Shown here piece after piece: positions 38,171 to 49,804 of a stretch of DNA of 64,000 bases (position 1 is the first letter of the stretch; each line of letters begins with the position of its first letter). The notes beneath the pieces were generated by a model that saw nothing but the letters and a program-made list of their open reading frames with translations, was not told the DNA's origin and did not search any database. The translations under genes and the position numbers were made by a program. The DNA comes from Escherichia coli (GTDB lineage Bacteria > Pseudomonadota > Gammaproteobacteria > Enterobacterales > Enterobacteriaceae), in the NCBI RefSeq assembly GCF_024223415.1, contig NZ_CP100500.1; one strand, written 5' to 3'.

Positions 38171-38250
38171 GTAGGCATGATAAGACGCACAAGCGTCGCA
38201 TCAGGCATGGTGCACCGGATGTCGGATGCGGCGCGAACGCCTTACCCAGG
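38171..38250. repeat. REP-like palindromic element
   Basis: GCATCAGGC... / ...CCGGATGTCGGATGCGGCGCGAACGCCTTACC REP-type sequences between yohF and yohD. Confidence 0.6.
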
Positions 38251-38259
38251 GCAATGGTT

Positions 38260-38838
38260 TTACGCCTGATGATCCGGCTTTTTCTTCCCGCGCCGTTTCA
38301 GCCACCAGCGCACGCCTACCACCAGAACCACGACCAGAATCAACCAGACCCAGTGCTTCAAATGCTGGTCGAGAGTGTGCAACCACGGCGCAATCACCTG
38401 ACCACCAGCGTAACCGATAGTGGTAAAAATCAACGCCCAGGCAAATGCGCCGAGAATATTAAGCGGCAGAAAGATTTTCGGCGGCAGCTGGCTGGCACCA
38501 ATCAGCGTCGGGCCAATCACCCGAAAGCCATACATAAAGCGCGTACCAATGACAAACAGATACGGATGGCGTTGGATAAGTTTCTGCGCCCGCTCAATTT
38601 TATCCTGATGTTTCGAGAAACGGCGTAACAGCTTGCCGCCAAACCGCCGCCCGCACAGATAAAGCACCTGGTCGCCAATCATGCCGCCAAGCGCCACAGA
38701 AAGTACCACCAGCGGGAACTTTAATAGCCCCTGATGTGCCGCAACGCCTCCCAGCAAAGTCACGGTTTCACCTTCCGCCAGGCTACCGATCACCAGCGCG
38801 GCATAACCATATTGTGAGATGAGTGTATTGAGATCCAT
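38260..38838 (-). CDS. yohD: DedA-family inner membrane protein
   Basis: Start placed at MDLNTLISQYGYAAL (192 aa). Confidence 0.88.
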   Translation of the reverse strand: MDLNTLISQYGYAALVIGSLAEGETVTLLGGVAAHQGLLKFPLVVLSVALGGMIGDQVLYLCGRRFGGKLLRRFSKHQDKIERAQKLIQRHPYLFVIGTRFMYGFRVIGPTLIGASQLPPKIFLPLNILGAFAWALIFTTIGYAGGQVIAPWLHTLDQHLKHWVWLILVVVLVVGVRWWLKRRGKKKPDHQA

Positions 38839-39007
38839 AGGCCAGTCTGTCTCCCTTTGGTTGCCTTTAAGCATACACCCTGGAAATCATTCACGCTGAA
38901 AAAGGACGTACATCAGACGGTGCAAATTACATGAGCGAACAAAAAATAATCACAAGCTGAATTATACTTGAACTGTCAGGTTCATGAACTCACAACAAGG
39001 GGGCGGT

Positions 39008-39595
39008 ATGAGCCATGTCTGGGGACTGTTTTCCCATCCCGATCGTGAAATGCAGGTGATTAATCGCGAAAACGAAACGATTTCTCACCATTACACCCAC
39101 CACGTTTTGCTGATGGCGGCGATTCCGGTGATTTGCGCCTTCATTGGCACTACACAGATTGGCTGGAATTTTGGCGATGGCACTATCCTGAAGTTATCCT
39201 GGTTTACCGGACTGGCGCTGGCTGTCCTGTTTTATGGCGTTATGCTGGCTGGGGTTGCGGTAATGGGGCGGGTCATCTGGTGGATGGCGCGTAATTATCC
39301 GCAGCGTCCGTCACTTGCGCACTGCATGGTCTTCGCGGGCTACGTTGCAACTCCGCTGTTTTTAAGCGGTCTGGTGGCGCTTTATCCACTGGTCTGGTTG
39401 TGTGCGCTGGTCGGCACGGTGGCGCTGTTTTACACCGGCTACCTGCTTTACCTTGGTATTCCGAGCTTCCTGAATATCAACAAAGAGGAAGGCCTTAGCT
39501 TCTCTAGTTCGACGCTGGCGATTGGCGTGCTGGTACTGGAAGTGCTGCTCGCCCTAACCGTTATACTATGGGGCTACGGTTATCGTTTGTTCTAG
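39008..39595 (+). CDS. yohC: Yip1-family inner membrane protein
   Basis: Start placed at MSHVWGLFSHPDREMQ (195 aa); hydrophobic. Confidence 0.85.
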   Translation: MSHVWGLFSHPDREMQVINRENETISHHYTHHVLLMAAIPVICAFIGTTQIGWNFGDGTILKLSWFTGLALAVLFYGVMLAGVAVMGRVIWWMARNYPQRPSLAHCMVFAGYVATPLFLSGLVALYPLVWLCALVGTVALFYTGYLLYLGIPSFLNINKEEGLSFSSSTLAIGVLVLEVLLALTVILWGYGYRLF

Positions 39596-39768
39596 AAAGT
39601 TCTTTGACGTTGCATTGCTGGCGTAAATGTCAGCAATGCAGCATTTCCTCACGATTCTCCTTTGACGATCGCACTTTTTGCTCGTTATGATGGCGTCGCT
39701 AGCCTCAGTAAATCCTTACTCCGGCGGTGCGCAACCCGTGCGCGTGAACCACTATCTGAATGCTCATC

Positions 39769-40701
39769 ATGCCGAAATTTCGAGTTTCTTTATTTAGCCT
39801 GGCCCTGATGCTGGCTGTGCCTTTGGCACCGCAGGCCGTTGCGAAAACGGCAGCCGCTACCACCGCTTCACAACCGGAAATTGCCTCCGGTAGCGCGATG
39901 ATTGTTGATCTGAATACCAACAAAGTGATCTATTCGAACCACCCGGATCTGGTGCGTCCGATTGCGTCTATCAGCAAATTAATGACCGCGATGGTTGTGC
40001 TGGATGCACGACTGCCGCTGGATGAAAAACTAAAAGTGGATATCAGCCAGACGCCGGAGATGAAAGGGGTCTATTCGCGCGTACGACTGAATAGCGAAAT
40101 CAGCCGTAAAGATATGCTGTTGCTGGCGCTGATGTCTTCAGAAAACCGCGCGGCGGCAAGCCTTGCGCACCATTATCCCGGTGGTTACAAAGCCTTTATT
40201 AAGGCAATGAATGCGAAAGCGAAATCGCTCGGAATGAACAACACGCGCTTTGTTGAACCTACCGGATTGTCGGTGCATAACGTTTCAACTGCCCGTGACT
40301 TAACCAAACTGCTCATTGCCAGCAAACAATATCCGTTGATCGGGCAGTTAAGTACTACCCGGGAAGATATGGCAACCTTCTCTAATCCGACGTATACGCT
40401 GCCGTTCCGCAATACTAATCATCTGGTGTATCGCGATAACTGGAATATTCAGTTAACCAAAACCGGCTTTACCAATGCGGCGGGCCATTGTCTGGTGATG
40501 CGTACGGTTATCAATAATAAACCGGTGGCGCTGGTAGTGATGGACGCGTTTGGCAAATATACCCATTTTGCCGATGCCAGCCGCCTGCGTACCTGGATTG
40601 AAACCGGTAAAGTGATGCCTGTGCCGGCAGCAGCGTTGAGCTATAAAAAACAAAAAGCCGCCCAAATGGCGGCGGCGGGGCAGACGGCACAGAACGATTA
40701 A
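39769..40701 (+). CDS. pbpG: D-alanyl-D-alanine endopeptidase (PBP7)
   Basis: Start placed at [18 protein letters not shown]; SxxK active-site motif (SISK). Confidence 0.92.
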   Translation: MPKFRVSLFSLALMLAVPLAPQAVAKTAAATTASQPEIASGSAMIVDLNTNKVIYSNHPDLVRPIASISKLMTAMVVLDARLPLDEKLKVDISQTPEMKGVYSRVRLNSEISRKDMLLLALMSSENRAAASLAHHYPGGYKAFIKAMNAKAKSLGMNNTRFVEPTGLSVHNVSTARDLTKLLIASKQYPLIGQLSTTREDMATFSNPTYTLPFRNTNHLVYRDNWNIQLTKTGFTNAAGHCLVMRTVINNKPVALVVMDAFGKYTHFADASRLRTWIETGKVMPVPAAALSYKKQKAAQMAAAGQTAQND

Positions 40702-40738
40702 GTGAATTCGGATGGCGATACTCTGCCATCCGTAATTT

Positions 40739-42454
40739 TTACTCCACTTCCTGCCAGTTTTTCCGTTTACTGGTTTTACCGATCCCCGGATTCATGCTGT
40801 TGGTCGGATCGTTCTCGCGATAGAACTTCTGCAACGTCTCCGGTGCTTTATACAAATGACCGACGTTATGCTCGGCAGGGTACTGCGCGCCGCGCTGCTG
40901 TAGCAGTTCCAGCATCTGTTCTTTTAACGCATGCACATCCACGCCTTTTTTCACTATGTAATCCTGATGGAAGACATAGCACATAAAATGGCCGTAATAG
41001 AGCTTGTGCACCAGCTGGCTGTCGATCTCCGGCGGTAAATGCTCATACCACTCGGTGTCGTTACGCCGCAGAGCGATATCCAACGCCAGAATGTCTTCGA
41101 CTTCATCGGAATGCACCGCCTGATAACGAATTGCTGCGCCCGCAGCGGCGAAACGGTGTAAAAACGCTTTGCTGCCTTCCTCCGGCGTACAGACAAAGAA
41201 ATCGCCTTCGGCCTGTTTGAAATAATCCACCAGCCACGATTTGGCTTCGCCCACGCCATCGCCCGCCATTTTTAACAGCAGATGATGCTCGTATTTATCG
41301 CGCCAGTTTTTCATGCGCGGCGGTAAATGGCTGGGGAACAGGTGACCGAATTTTTGCATCGCACGGTCAGTAAAATGCGGACGGAAGAATTTCACTTTCT
41401 CCAGCATCGCATCGGTGCGTCCCTTGAGATTAAAGAAGAACGGCATCTTGTCGGTGCCTAACTTATCAATCATCAGGAAGGTGTCTTTGCCGTATTTTTC
41501 CGCAATATCGTAGATATCCCGGTGCATATATTCCCCGGCAACCGGCAGATTTTCGAAGTTAGCCAGAATATGACGGCGGATTTCGGTCAGCACTTCCGGC
41601 TGGTTGGTGCCGATATAAAACACCTGCTGATTTTTTTCCGCTTCGAAGGTATCAAGACGTACTGCAAAGACCGCCAGCTTCCCGGCGCAACCAGAAGATT
41701 CAAATAACCGATCAGGATCGGCGTTATAACGTGCGGGCGTGTCGGCTTCAATATCACGAACGCGGTGGACATAGTCATAATCGTGGGCGTGACGACCATC
41801 GTGACGCACATCGTCATCTTTGATGCGATCATCATCCAGCTTGCTAAGGATCTGCTCCGGCGTTTCGCCCAGATCAATCCCCAGATGGTTCACCAGCGTC
41901 AGTTTGCCGTCTTCATTTATACGCGCGAATAACGACATTTCGGTATACGCCGGGCCACGTTGCACCAGCGAGCCGCCGGAGTTGTTACAAATACCGCCGA
42001 TGACCGATGCGCCTATACACGATGATCCAATCACTGAGTGCGGTTCGCGTCCCAGCGGTTTGAGGGCTTTTTCCAGCGAATAGAGCGTGGTGCCCGGATA
42101 GGCCAGCACCTGTTCGCCCTTGCCAAGAACGTGCAGCTTGTCGAGACGCAGGGTGCTGATGATCACGATATCGCGATCATAGCCGTTACCGTTTGGCGTC
42201 GATCCTTCGGTCAGGCCTGTATTGGCAGCCTGCATCAGAATAATTTTGTCGGCGGTGACGCAGGCTTTCAGCACCCGCCACAATTCCAGTAGTGAGCCAG
42301 GGAAAACGACAGCCAGCGCGTCGCCCTGACCAGAACGGAAGCCCTTGCGATAGCGGGCCGTTTTTGCGGGATCGGTGAGCAGGTGTGAATGACCGACCAG
42401 ACGGGCAAGTTCATTCAAAAAGGCTTTATTATCAGTTGTTGTCATGGAAGACAT
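40739..42454 (-). CDS. dld: FAD-dependent respiratory D-lactate dehydrogenase
   Basis: Start placed at MSSMTTTDNKAFLNELARLVG (571 aa). Confidence 0.92.
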   Translation of the reverse strand: MSSMTTTDNKAFLNELARLVGHSHLLTDPAKTARYRKGFRSGQGDALAVVFPGSLLELWRVLKACVTADKIILMQAANTGLTEGSTPNGNGYDRDIVIISTLRLDKLHVLGKGEQVLAYPGTTLYSLEKALKPLGREPHSVIGSSCIGASVIGGICNNSGGSLVQRGPAYTEMSLFARINEDGKLTLVNHLGIDLGETPEQILSKLDDDRIKDDDVRHDGRHAHDYDYVHRVRDIEADTPARYNADPDRLFESSGCAGKLAVFAVRLDTFEAEKNQQVFYIGTNQPEVLTEIRRHILANFENLPVAGEYMHRDIYDIAEKYGKDTFLMIDKLGTDKMPFFFNLKGRTDAMLEKVKFFRPHFTDRAMQKFGHLFPSHLPPRMKNWRDKYEHHLLLKMAGDGVGEAKSWLVDYFKQAEGDFFVCTPEEGSKAFLHRFAAAGAAIRYQAVHSDEVEDILALDIALRRNDTEWYEHLPPEIDSQLVHKLYYGHFMCYVFHQDYIVKKGVDVHALKEQMLELLQQRGAQYPAEHNVGHLYKAPETLQKFYRENDPTNSMNPGIGKTSKRKNWQEVE

Positions 42455-42649
42455 TTTCCACTCCTTGTGGTGGCGAAAAAATATCACAAACTAGAATAGC
42501 GCCTTGTATGACAATTCAGCGAGTGAATATTTTGAAAATTCAGACAATAAACTGAGCATTCTTTTTCTCTCTCCATCATGCTTATGGCAAACTACGGTTT
42601 TTGCACCATTTTCGCTGCCTCGTCGGGCAACAGAGGAAGAAAAATCCAT

Positions 42650-44947
42650 ATGAAATGGCTATGTTCAGTAGGAATCGCGGTGAGTCTGGCCCTGCAGCCA
42701 GCACTGGCGGATGATTTATTCGGCAACCATCCATTAACGCCCGAAGCGCGGGATGCGTTCGTCACCGAACTGCTTAAGAAAATGACAGTTGATGAGAAAA
42801 TTGGTCAGCTGCGCTTAATCAGCGTCGGCCCGGATAACCCGAAAGAGGCGATCCGCGAGATGATCAAAGACGGTCAGGTTGGGGCGATTTTCAACACCGT
42901 AACCCGTCAGGATATCCGCGCCATGCAGGATCAGGTGATGGAATTAAGCCGCCTGAAAATTCCTCTTTTCTTTGCTTACGACGTGCTGCACGGTCAGCGC
43001 ACGGTGTTCCCGATTAGCCTCGGTCTGGCCTCGTCTTTTAACCTCGATGCAGTGAAAACGGTCGGACGTGTCTCTGCTTATGAAGCGGCAGATGATGGCC
43101 TGAATATGACCTGGGCACCGATGGTCGATGTCTCGCGCGATCCGCGCTGGGGACGTGCTTCCGAAGGTTTTGGCGAAGATACGTATCTCACCTCAACAAT
43201 GGGTAAAACCATGGTGGAAGCGATGCAGGGTAAAAGCCCGGCAGATCGCTACTCGGTGATGACCAGCGTCAAACACTTTGCCGCATACGGCGCGGTAGAA
43301 GGCGGTAAAGAGTACAACACCGTCGATATGAGTCCGCAGCGCCTGTTTAATGATTATATGCCGCCGTACAAAGCGGGGCTGGACGCAGGCAGCGGCGCGG
43401 TGATGGTGGCGCTGAACTCGCTGAACGGCACGCCAGCCACCTCCGATTCCTGGCTGCTGAAAGATGTTCTGCGCGACCAGTGGGGCTTTAAAGGCATCAC
43501 CGTTTCCGATCACGGTGCAATCAAAGAGCTGATTAAACATGGCACGGCGGCAGACCCGGAAGATGCGGTGCGCGTGGCGCTGAAATCCGGAATCAACATG
43601 AGCATGAGCGACGAGTACTACTCGAAGTATCTGCCTGGGTTGATTAAATCCGGCAAAGTGACGATGGCAGAGCTGGACGATGCTGCCCGCCATGTACTGA
43701 ACGTTAAATATGATATGGGGTTGTTTAACGACCCATACAGCCATTTGGGGCCGAAAGAGTCTGACCCGGTGGATACCAATGCCGAAAGCCGCCTGCACCG
43801 TAAAGAAGCGCGTGAAGTGGCGCGCGAAAGCTTGGTGTTGCTGAAAAACCGTCTCGAAACGTTACCGCTGAAAAAATCGGCCACCATTGCGGTGGTTGGG
43901 CCACTGGCGGACAGTAAACGTGACGTGATGGGCAGCTGGTCCGCAGCCGGTGTTGCCGATCAATCCGTGACCGTACTGACCGGGATTAAAAATGCCGTCG
44001 GTGAAAACGGTAAAGTGCTGTATGCCAAAGGGGCGAACGTTACCAGTGACAAAGGCATTATCGATTTCCTGAATCAGTATGAAGAAGCGGTCAAAGTCGA
44101 TCCGCGTTCGCCGCAAGAGATGATTGATGAAGCGGTGCAGACGGCGAAACAATCTGATGTGGTGGTGGCTGTAGTCGGTGAAGCACAGGGGATGGCGCAC
44201 GAAGCCTCCAGCCGGACCGATATCACTATTCCGCAAAGCCAACGTGACTTGATTGCGGCGCTGAAAGCCACCGGTAAACCGCTGGTGCTGGTGCTTATGA
44301 ACGGGCGTCCGCTGGCGCTGGTGAAAGAAGATCAGCAGGCTGATGCGATTCTGGAAACCTGGTTTGCGGGGACTGAAGGCGGTAATGCAATTGCCGATGT
44401 GTTGTTTGGCGATTACAACCCGTCCGGCAAGCTGCCGATGTCCTTCCCGCGTTCTGTCGGGCAGATCCCGGTGTACTACAGCCATCTGAACACCGGTCGT
44501 CCGTATAATGCCGACAAGCCGAACAAATACACTTCGCGTTATTTTGATGAAGCTAACGGGGCGCTTTATCCGTTCGGCTATGGTCTGAGCTATACCACTT
44601 TCACCGTCTCTGATGTGAAACTTTCTGCGCCGACCATGAAGCGTGACGGCAAAGTGACGGCCAGCGTGCAGGTGACGAACACCGGTAAGCGCGAGGGTGC
44701 CACGGTAGTGCAGATGTACTTGCAGGATGTGACGGCTTCCATGAGTCGCCCTGTGAAACAGCTGAAAGGCTTTGAGAAAATCACCCTGAAGCCGGGCGAA
44801 ACTCAGACCGTCAGCTTCCCGATTGATATTGAGGCGCTGAAGTTCTGGAATCAACAGATGAAATATGACGCCGAGCCTGGCAAGTTCAATGTCTTTATCG
44901 GCACTGATTCCGCACGCGTTAAGAAAGGCGAGTTTGAGTTGCTGTAA
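42650..44947 (+). CDS. bglX: Periplasmic beta-glucosidase (GH3)
   Basis: Start placed at MKWLCSVGIAVSLALQPALA (signal peptide), 765 aa. Confidence 0.92.
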   Translation: MKWLCSVGIAVSLALQPALADDLFGNHPLTPEARDAFVTELLKKMTVDEKIGQLRLISVGPDNPKEAIREMIKDGQVGAIFNTVTRQDIRAMQDQVMELSRLKIPLFFAYDVLHGQRTVFPISLGLASSFNLDAVKTVGRVSAYEAADDGLNMTWAPMVDVSRDPRWGRASEGFGEDTYLTSTMGKTMVEAMQGKSPADRYSVMTSVKHFAAYGAVEGGKEYNTVDMSPQRLFNDYMPPYKAGLDAGSGAVMVALNSLNGTPATSDSWLLKDVLRDQWGFKGITVSDHGAIKELIKHGTAADPEDAVRVALKSGINMSMSDEYYSKYLPGLIKSGKVTMAELDDAARHVLNVKYDMGLFNDPYSHLGPKESDPVDTNAESRLHRKEAREVARESLVLLKNRLETLPLKKSATIAVVGPLADSKRDVMGSWSAAGVADQSVTVLTGIKNAVGENGKVLYAKGANVTSDKGIIDFLNQYEEAVKVDPRSPQEMIDEAVQTAKQSDVVVAVVGEAQGMAHEASSRTDITIPQSQRDLIAALKATGKPLVLVLMNGRPLALVKEDQQADAILETWFAGTEGGNAIADVLFGDYNPSGKLPMSFPRSVGQIPVYYSHLNTGRPYNADKPNKYTSRYFDEANGALYPFGYGLSYTTFTVSDVKLSAPTMKRDGKVTASVQVTNTGKREGATVVQMYLQDVTASMSRPVKQLKGFEKITLKPGETQTVSFPIDIEALKFWNQQMKYDAEPGKFNVFIGTDSARVKKGEFELL

Positions 44948-44956
44948 TGCTTTTGT

Positions 44957-44981
44957 AAGGGCGCGACGTTTGCGCCCTTTG
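44957..44981 (+). terminator. Intrinsic terminator downstream of bglX
   Basis: GC-rich hairpin GGGCGCG-acgtt-TGCGCCC followed by TTT. Confidence 0.7.
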
Positions 44982-45020
44982 CCTGATGTTCATATCTTAA
45001 CTTGCTGAATTTTCGCCCTT

Positions 45021-45056
45021 TGTAGGCCGGATAAGGCGCTCGCGCCGCATCCGGCA
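45021..45056. repeat. REP element
   Basis: TGTAGGCCGGATAAGGCGCTCGCGCCGCATCCGGCA. Confidence 0.85.
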
Positions 45057-45198
45057 GGAAACGCCGGACCGAATATGCCTCTTAAGTATTTATCTGATTC
45101 TGCAACTGAATCCTTCCGCTCAAGCTAACCCCGCCATTATCAACTATGCTTTTCTCTTAATTCGCTGAAAACAACAGTAAAAGAATGAGGAAAGCATC

Positions 45199-46116
45199 AT
45201 GCCACTCTTAAAGCTCTGGGCAGGTTCACTGGTTATGTTGGCAGCCGTGAGCCTGCCGCTACAGGCGGCTTCCCCCGTTAAAGTCGGTTCAAAAATCGAT
45301 ACCGAAGGTGCGCTACTCGGCAATATCATTTTGCAGGTGCTGGAAAGCCACGGCGTACCGACGGTGAATAAAGTGCAACTCGGAACGACTCCTGTGGTGC
45401 GCGGGGCGATTACTTCCGGTGAACTGGATATCTATCCGGAATATACCGGCAATGGCGCTTTCTTCTTTAAAGATGAAAACGATGCAGCGTGGAAAAACGC
45501 GCAGCAAGGTTACGAGAAAGTCAAAAAGCTCGATTCGGAGCACAACAAGTTAATCTGGCTGACGCCCGCGCCTGCAAATAACACCTGGACTATCGCCGTG
45601 CGTCAGGATGTGGCAGAGAAAAATAAACTCACTTCGCTTGCCGACCTGAGTCGTTATCTGCAAGAGGGCGGCACCTTCAAACTGGCAGCCTCGGCAGAGT
45701 TTATCGAACGCGCCGATGCGTTACCCGCGTTTGAAAAAGCCTATGGCTTTAAGCTCGGTCAGGATCAGTTGCTGTCACTGGCTGGTGGCGACACGGCGGT
45801 GACGATCAAAGCCGCTGCCCAGCAAACCTCTGGCGTTAATGCTGCAATGGCTTACGGCACTGACGGCCCGGTAGCGGCGCTGGGGCTGCAAACCTTAAGC
45901 GATCCGCAAGGTGTGCAACCTATCTACGCGCCTGCACCAGTGGTGCGTGAGTCGGTGTTGAGGGAGTATCCGCAAATGGCACAGTGGCTACAGCCAGTCT
46001 TCGCCAGCCTCGATGCAAAAACATTGCAGCAACTGAATGCCAGCATTGCTGTGGAAGGACTGGATGCCAAAAAAGTGGCTGCCGACTACCTGAAACAAAA
46101 AGGGTGGACGAAGTAA
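45199..46116 (+). CDS. osmF: Glycine-betaine-type ABC transporter periplasmic binding protein
   Basis: 305-aa ORF with signal peptide; first gene of the osmF-yehYXW operon. Confidence 0.92.
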   Translation: MPLLKLWAGSLVMLAAVSLPLQAASPVKVGSKIDTEGALLGNIILQVLESHGVPTVNKVQLGTTPVVRGAITSGELDIYPEYTGNGAFFFKDENDAAWKNAQQGYEKVKKLDSEHNKLIWLTPAPANNTWTIAVRQDVAEKNKLTSLADLSRYLQEGGTFKLAASAEFIERADALPAFEKAYGFKLGQDQLLSLAGGDTAVTIKAAAQQTSGVNAAMAYGTDGPVAALGLQTLSDPQGVQPIYAPAPVVRESVLREYPQMAQWLQPVFASLDAKTLQQLNASIAVEGLDAKKVAADYLKQKGWTK

Positions 46117-46122
46117 TTTCCC

Positions 46123-47280
46123 GTGACTTATTTCCGTATTAATCCTGTTCTGGCGCTGCTGCTGTTGCTGACGGCAATCGCAGCGGCGCTGCCGTTTATC
46201 AGTTACGCGCCTAATCGTTTAGTTTCGGGTGAGGGGCGTCATCTCTGGCAGCTGTGGCCGCAAACGATCTGGATGCTGGTGGGCGTTGGTTGCGCCTGGC
46301 TGACGGCCTGTTTTATTCCCGGTAAAAAAGGCAGCATTTGTGCACTCATTCTGGCGCAATTCGTCTTCGTATTGCTGGTGTGGGGAGCTGGAAAGGCGGC
46401 GACCCAACTGGCGCAAAATGGCAGTGCGCTGGCGCGTACCAGCCTCGGCAGTGGTTTCTGGCTGGCTGCGGCGCTGGCATTGCTGGCCTGTAGCGATGCC
46501 ATCCGCCGAATCTCCACGCATCCGCTGTGGCGCTGGTTGTTGCATATGCAGATTGCCATTATTCCGCTGTGGTTGCTGTACTCCGGCACGCTTAACGATC
46601 TCTCACTAATGAAAGAATACGCCAACCGTCAGGATGTGTTTGACGACGCGCTGGCACAACATCTGACGTTGCTGTTTGGTGCGGTGCTGCCTGCGTTAGT
46701 GATTGGTGTGCCGTTGGGCATCTGGTGCTACTTTTCCACTGCTCGGCAGGGGGCAATTTTTTCTCTGCTCAATGTCATTCAGACCGTGCCTTCGGTGGCG
46801 CTCTTTGGCCTGTTGATTGCGCCGCTTGCCGCGCTGGTGACGGCCTTTCCGTGGCTGGGGAAGCTCGGCATAGCAGGAACCGGAATGACACCCGCACTGA
46901 TTGCGCTGGTGCTCTATGCCTTGCTGCCGCTGGTGCGCGGCGTGGTAGTCGGCTTGAACCAGATCCCGCGCGATGTGCTGGAGAGCGCCAGAGCGATGGG
47001 CATGAGCGGGGCGCGGCGATTCCTGCATGTTCAGTTACCACTGGCGTTACCGGTATTTCTGCGCAGCCTGCGGGTGGTGATGGTGCAAACTGTAGGTATG
47101 GCGGTGATTGCGGCGTTAATCGGCGCAGGCGGTTTTGGTGCGCTGGTTTTCCAGGGGCTGCTAAGCAGCGCCATTGATTTAGTGTTGCTGGGGGTGATCC
47201 CGGTAATTGTTCTGGCGGTGCTTACCGACGCGCTGTTCGATTTGCTTATCGCACTGCTGAAGGTGAAACGTAATGATTGA
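46123..47280 (+). CDS. yehY: ABC transporter permease
   Basis: 385-aa polytopic ORF, GTG start in the track. Confidence 0.9.
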   Translation: MTYFRINPVLALLLLLTAIAAALPFISYAPNRLVSGEGRHLWQLWPQTIWMLVGVGCAWLTACFIPGKKGSICALILAQFVFVLLVWGAGKAATQLAQNGSALARTSLGSGFWLAAALALLACSDAIRRISTHPLWRWLLHMQIAIIPLWLLYSGTLNDLSLMKEYANRQDVFDDALAQHLTLLFGAVLPALVIGVPLGIWCYFSTARQGAIFSLLNVIQTVPSVALFGLLIAPLAALVTAFPWLGKLGIAGTGMTPALIALVLYALLPLVRGVVVGLNQIPRDVLESARAMGMSGARRFLHVQLPLALPVFLRSLRVVMVQTVGMAVIAALIGAGGFGALVFQGLLSSAIDLVLLGVIPVIVLAVLTDALFDLLIALLKVKRND

Positions 47281-48199
47281 ATTTAGCCATGTCAGCAAAC
47301 TGTTCGGCGCACAAAAAGCCGTTAACGATCTCAATCTCAATTTTCAGGAAGGGAGTTTTTCGGTGCTGATTGGCACATCTGGCTCCGGCAAATCCACCAC
47401 CCTGAAAATGATTAACCGCCTGGTGGAGCATGACAGCGGAGTGATCCGCTTTGCCGGAGAAGAAATTCGCTCGCTGCCAGTACTGGAGTTGCGCCGCCGG
47501 ATGGGCTATGCCATTCAATCTATTGGCCTGTTCCCCCACTGGAGCGTGGCGCAAAACATCGCTACCGTGCCGCAATTACAAAAATGGTCGCGGGCGCGGA
47601 TTGACGATCGTATCGACGAATTAATGGCGCTACTGGGGCTGGAGTCAAATTTGCGTGAGCGTTATCCGCATCAGCTTTCCGGTGGTCAGCAGCAACGTGT
47701 GGGAGTGGCGCGTGCACTGGCTGCCGATCCGCAAGTCTTACTAATGGATGAACCTTTTGGCGCACTGGACCCGGTAACGCGCGGCGCGTTGCAACAAGAG
47801 ATGACGCGCATTCACCGTTTGCTGGGGCGTACCATTGTGCTGGTCACTCATGATATTGATGAGGCGCTACGGCTGGCAGAACATCTGGTATTGATGGATC
47901 ACGGTGAAGTAGTGCAGCAGGGCAATCCGCTGACGATGCTGACTCGTCCGGCGAATGATTTTGTCCGCCAGTTTTTTGGACGTAGTGAACTGGGTGTGCG
48001 CCTGCTTTCGTTACGTAGTGTGGCGGATTACGTGCGTCGCGAAGAACGAGCAGATGGTGAGGCACTGGCAGAAGAGATGACGCTACGCGATGCGCTCTCT
48101 CTGTTTGTTGCGCGGGGATGCGAGGTGCTGCCGGTGGTGAACATGCAGGGCCAGCCTTGCGGCACGCTGCATTTTCAGGATCTGCTGGTGGAGGCGTAA
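47273..48199 (+). CDS. yehX: ABC transporter ATP-binding protein with C-terminal CBS-like domain
   Basis: 308-aa ORF with Walker A (GTSGSGKST) and ABC signature (LSGGQQQR). Confidence 0.92.
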   Translation: MIEFSHVSKLFGAQKAVNDLNLNFQEGSFSVLIGTSGSGKSTTLKMINRLVEHDSGVIRFAGEEIRSLPVLELRRRMGYAIQSIGLFPHWSVAQNIATVPQLQKWSRARIDDRIDELMALLGLESNLRERYPHQLSGGQQQRVGVARALAADPQVLLMDEPFGALDPVTRGALQQEMTRIHRLLGRTIVLVTHDIDEALRLAEHLVLMDHGEVVQQGNPLTMLTRPANDFVRQFFGRSELGVRLLSLRSVADYVRREERADGEALAEEMTLRDALSLFVARGCEVLPVVNMQGQPCGTLHFQDLLVEA

Positions 48200-48203
48200 G
48201 CGT

Positions 48204-48935
48204 ATGAAGATGTTGCGCGATCCGCTGTTCTGGCTCATTGCTCTGTTTGTGGCGCTGATTTTCTGGCTGCCTTACAGCCAGCCGCTGTTTGCTGCCTTGT
48301 TCCCACAACTGCCACGACCCGTTTATCAGCAAGAAAGTTTTGCAGCTCTGGCACTGGCTCATTTCTGGCTGGTGGGAATTTCGAGTTTGTTTGCGGTGAT
48401 CATTGGCACTGGTGCCGGAATTGCTGTCACTCGCCCGTGGGGCGCGGAATTTCGCCCACTGGTGGAAACTATTGCCGCCGTTGGACAGACTTTTCCGCCC
48501 GTCGCAGTGCTGGCGATCGCCGTTCCGGTGATCGGCTTTGGTCTGCAACCAGCGATTATCGCCTTGATCCTTTACGGTGTGCTGCCCGTCCTGCAGGCGA
48601 CACTTGCCGGGCTGGGAGCGATTGATGCCAGCGTGACAGAAGTTGCGAAAGGTATGGGAATGAGTCGTGGTCAGCGACTGCGTAAGGTCGAGCTACCGCT
48701 GGCGGCTCCGGTGATTCTGGCGGGCGTGCGAACTTCGGTGATTATCAACATTGGTACGGCGACGATCGCCTCAACGGTAGGGGCCAGCACGCTGGGTACG
48801 CCCATCATCATCGGGCTTAGCGGATTTAATACCGCGTATGTGATCCAGGGGGCGTTACTGGTGGCACTGGCGGCGATCATCGCAGACCGCCTGTTTGAAA
48901 GGCTGGTGCAGGCGCTTAGCCAGCACGCAAAATAA
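48204..48935 (+). CDS. yehW: ABC transporter permease
   Basis: 243-aa polytopic ORF. Confidence 0.9.
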
Positions 48936-49023
48936 AGGTATAACCTGCGAGCATGACGCCACCAATTCCGCCTAACGCCATAAACAGGAACAGGGCGATG
49001 ACCCCAATTTTAGCTATGCGCAT
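48916..49023 (-). CDS. yohO: Small membrane protein YohO (35 aa)
   Basis: Minus-strand [38 protein letters not shown] overlapping the yehW 3' end; matches recalled YohO. Confidence 0.75.
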
Positions 49024-49082
49024 AATGCACTCCTTATGTTAACGAAAGGATTGTACAGTAAAGCGCATTTGTTAACGAATCA

Positions 49083-49767
49083 TTAAATGCCGAGTGGGAA
49101 AATATCATGGCCTTGTTCTTGCCAACTGGTGAGTTGCTGCTGTTGGGCGGAGGTTCGATTTTCACCGCACCACACCAGCAATGTACGGCCTTCGAATAGT
49201 TCAGGGCGTAGTTGATTGAGCGAGTGGGCGAGGACATCAATGCGCCATCCTTGTTGACTGGCAATCCAGCCCTCCAGCCACAGACGGGTGGTATCCTGAA
49301 TATTCCAGCCAACCACCAGCGCATCTTTACCCTGTTTTTTACGTGCCGAAGCCAGACAAATGGCGATGTAGTTGATCAGTACGCCGTCGAGGATCGCCAG
49401 CAGCGCCTGGAGAGTCGGTTGTTGGCACTGAAGCCGTCGGCGCAGAGGAATAAACAGATGTGTGGTGAGTGTCTGGGCGGGGTAATCCTGACCGCGCTCT
49501 TTGATCCACGTTCGCAGGCTATGTAGATTGCCGCTTTGCAGGTAAGTCAGTAATGTTTCTTGCTGATCGCGCCAGCCGTTCTGCACATCAACATTTTCAT
49601 TACTGAGCAGCATTTTAACTTTGCTGACCTGCACGCCGTTGTCGATCCAGCGTTTGATCTCGCGGATCCGGTCAATATCGGCATCGTTGAACAGCCGATG
49701 ACCGCCGTCTGTCCGTTGCGGTTTCAGCAATCCGTAACGCCTCTGCCACGCGCGTAACGTGACAGGG
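49083..49767 (-). pseudogene. mlrA: MerR-family curli regulator MlrA (YehV), 5'-truncated by prophage insertion
   Basis: Minus-strand translation matches MlrA from ...PVTLRAWQRRYGLLKPQRTDGGHRLFNDADIDRIREIKRW... to the native C-terminus; the first ~16 codons (MALYTIGEVALLCDIN, part of the HTH) are replaced by phage DNA. Confidence 0.85.
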
Positions 49768-49804
49768 ATTAAGGGTAAACTAACTGATTTTACAAGTTTT
49801 TATT

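Noticed and set aside
43862-44854. 330-aa minus-strand ORF (and 43193..43798)
   Set aside because: Antisense to bglX; His/Arg-rich low-complexity translation typical of shadow ORFs in GC-rich coding DNA.
46219-47177. Multiple overlapping ORFs on both strands within yehY
   Set aside because: The yehY frame gives a coherent polytopic permease; the others are Arg/Ala-rich shadow frames.
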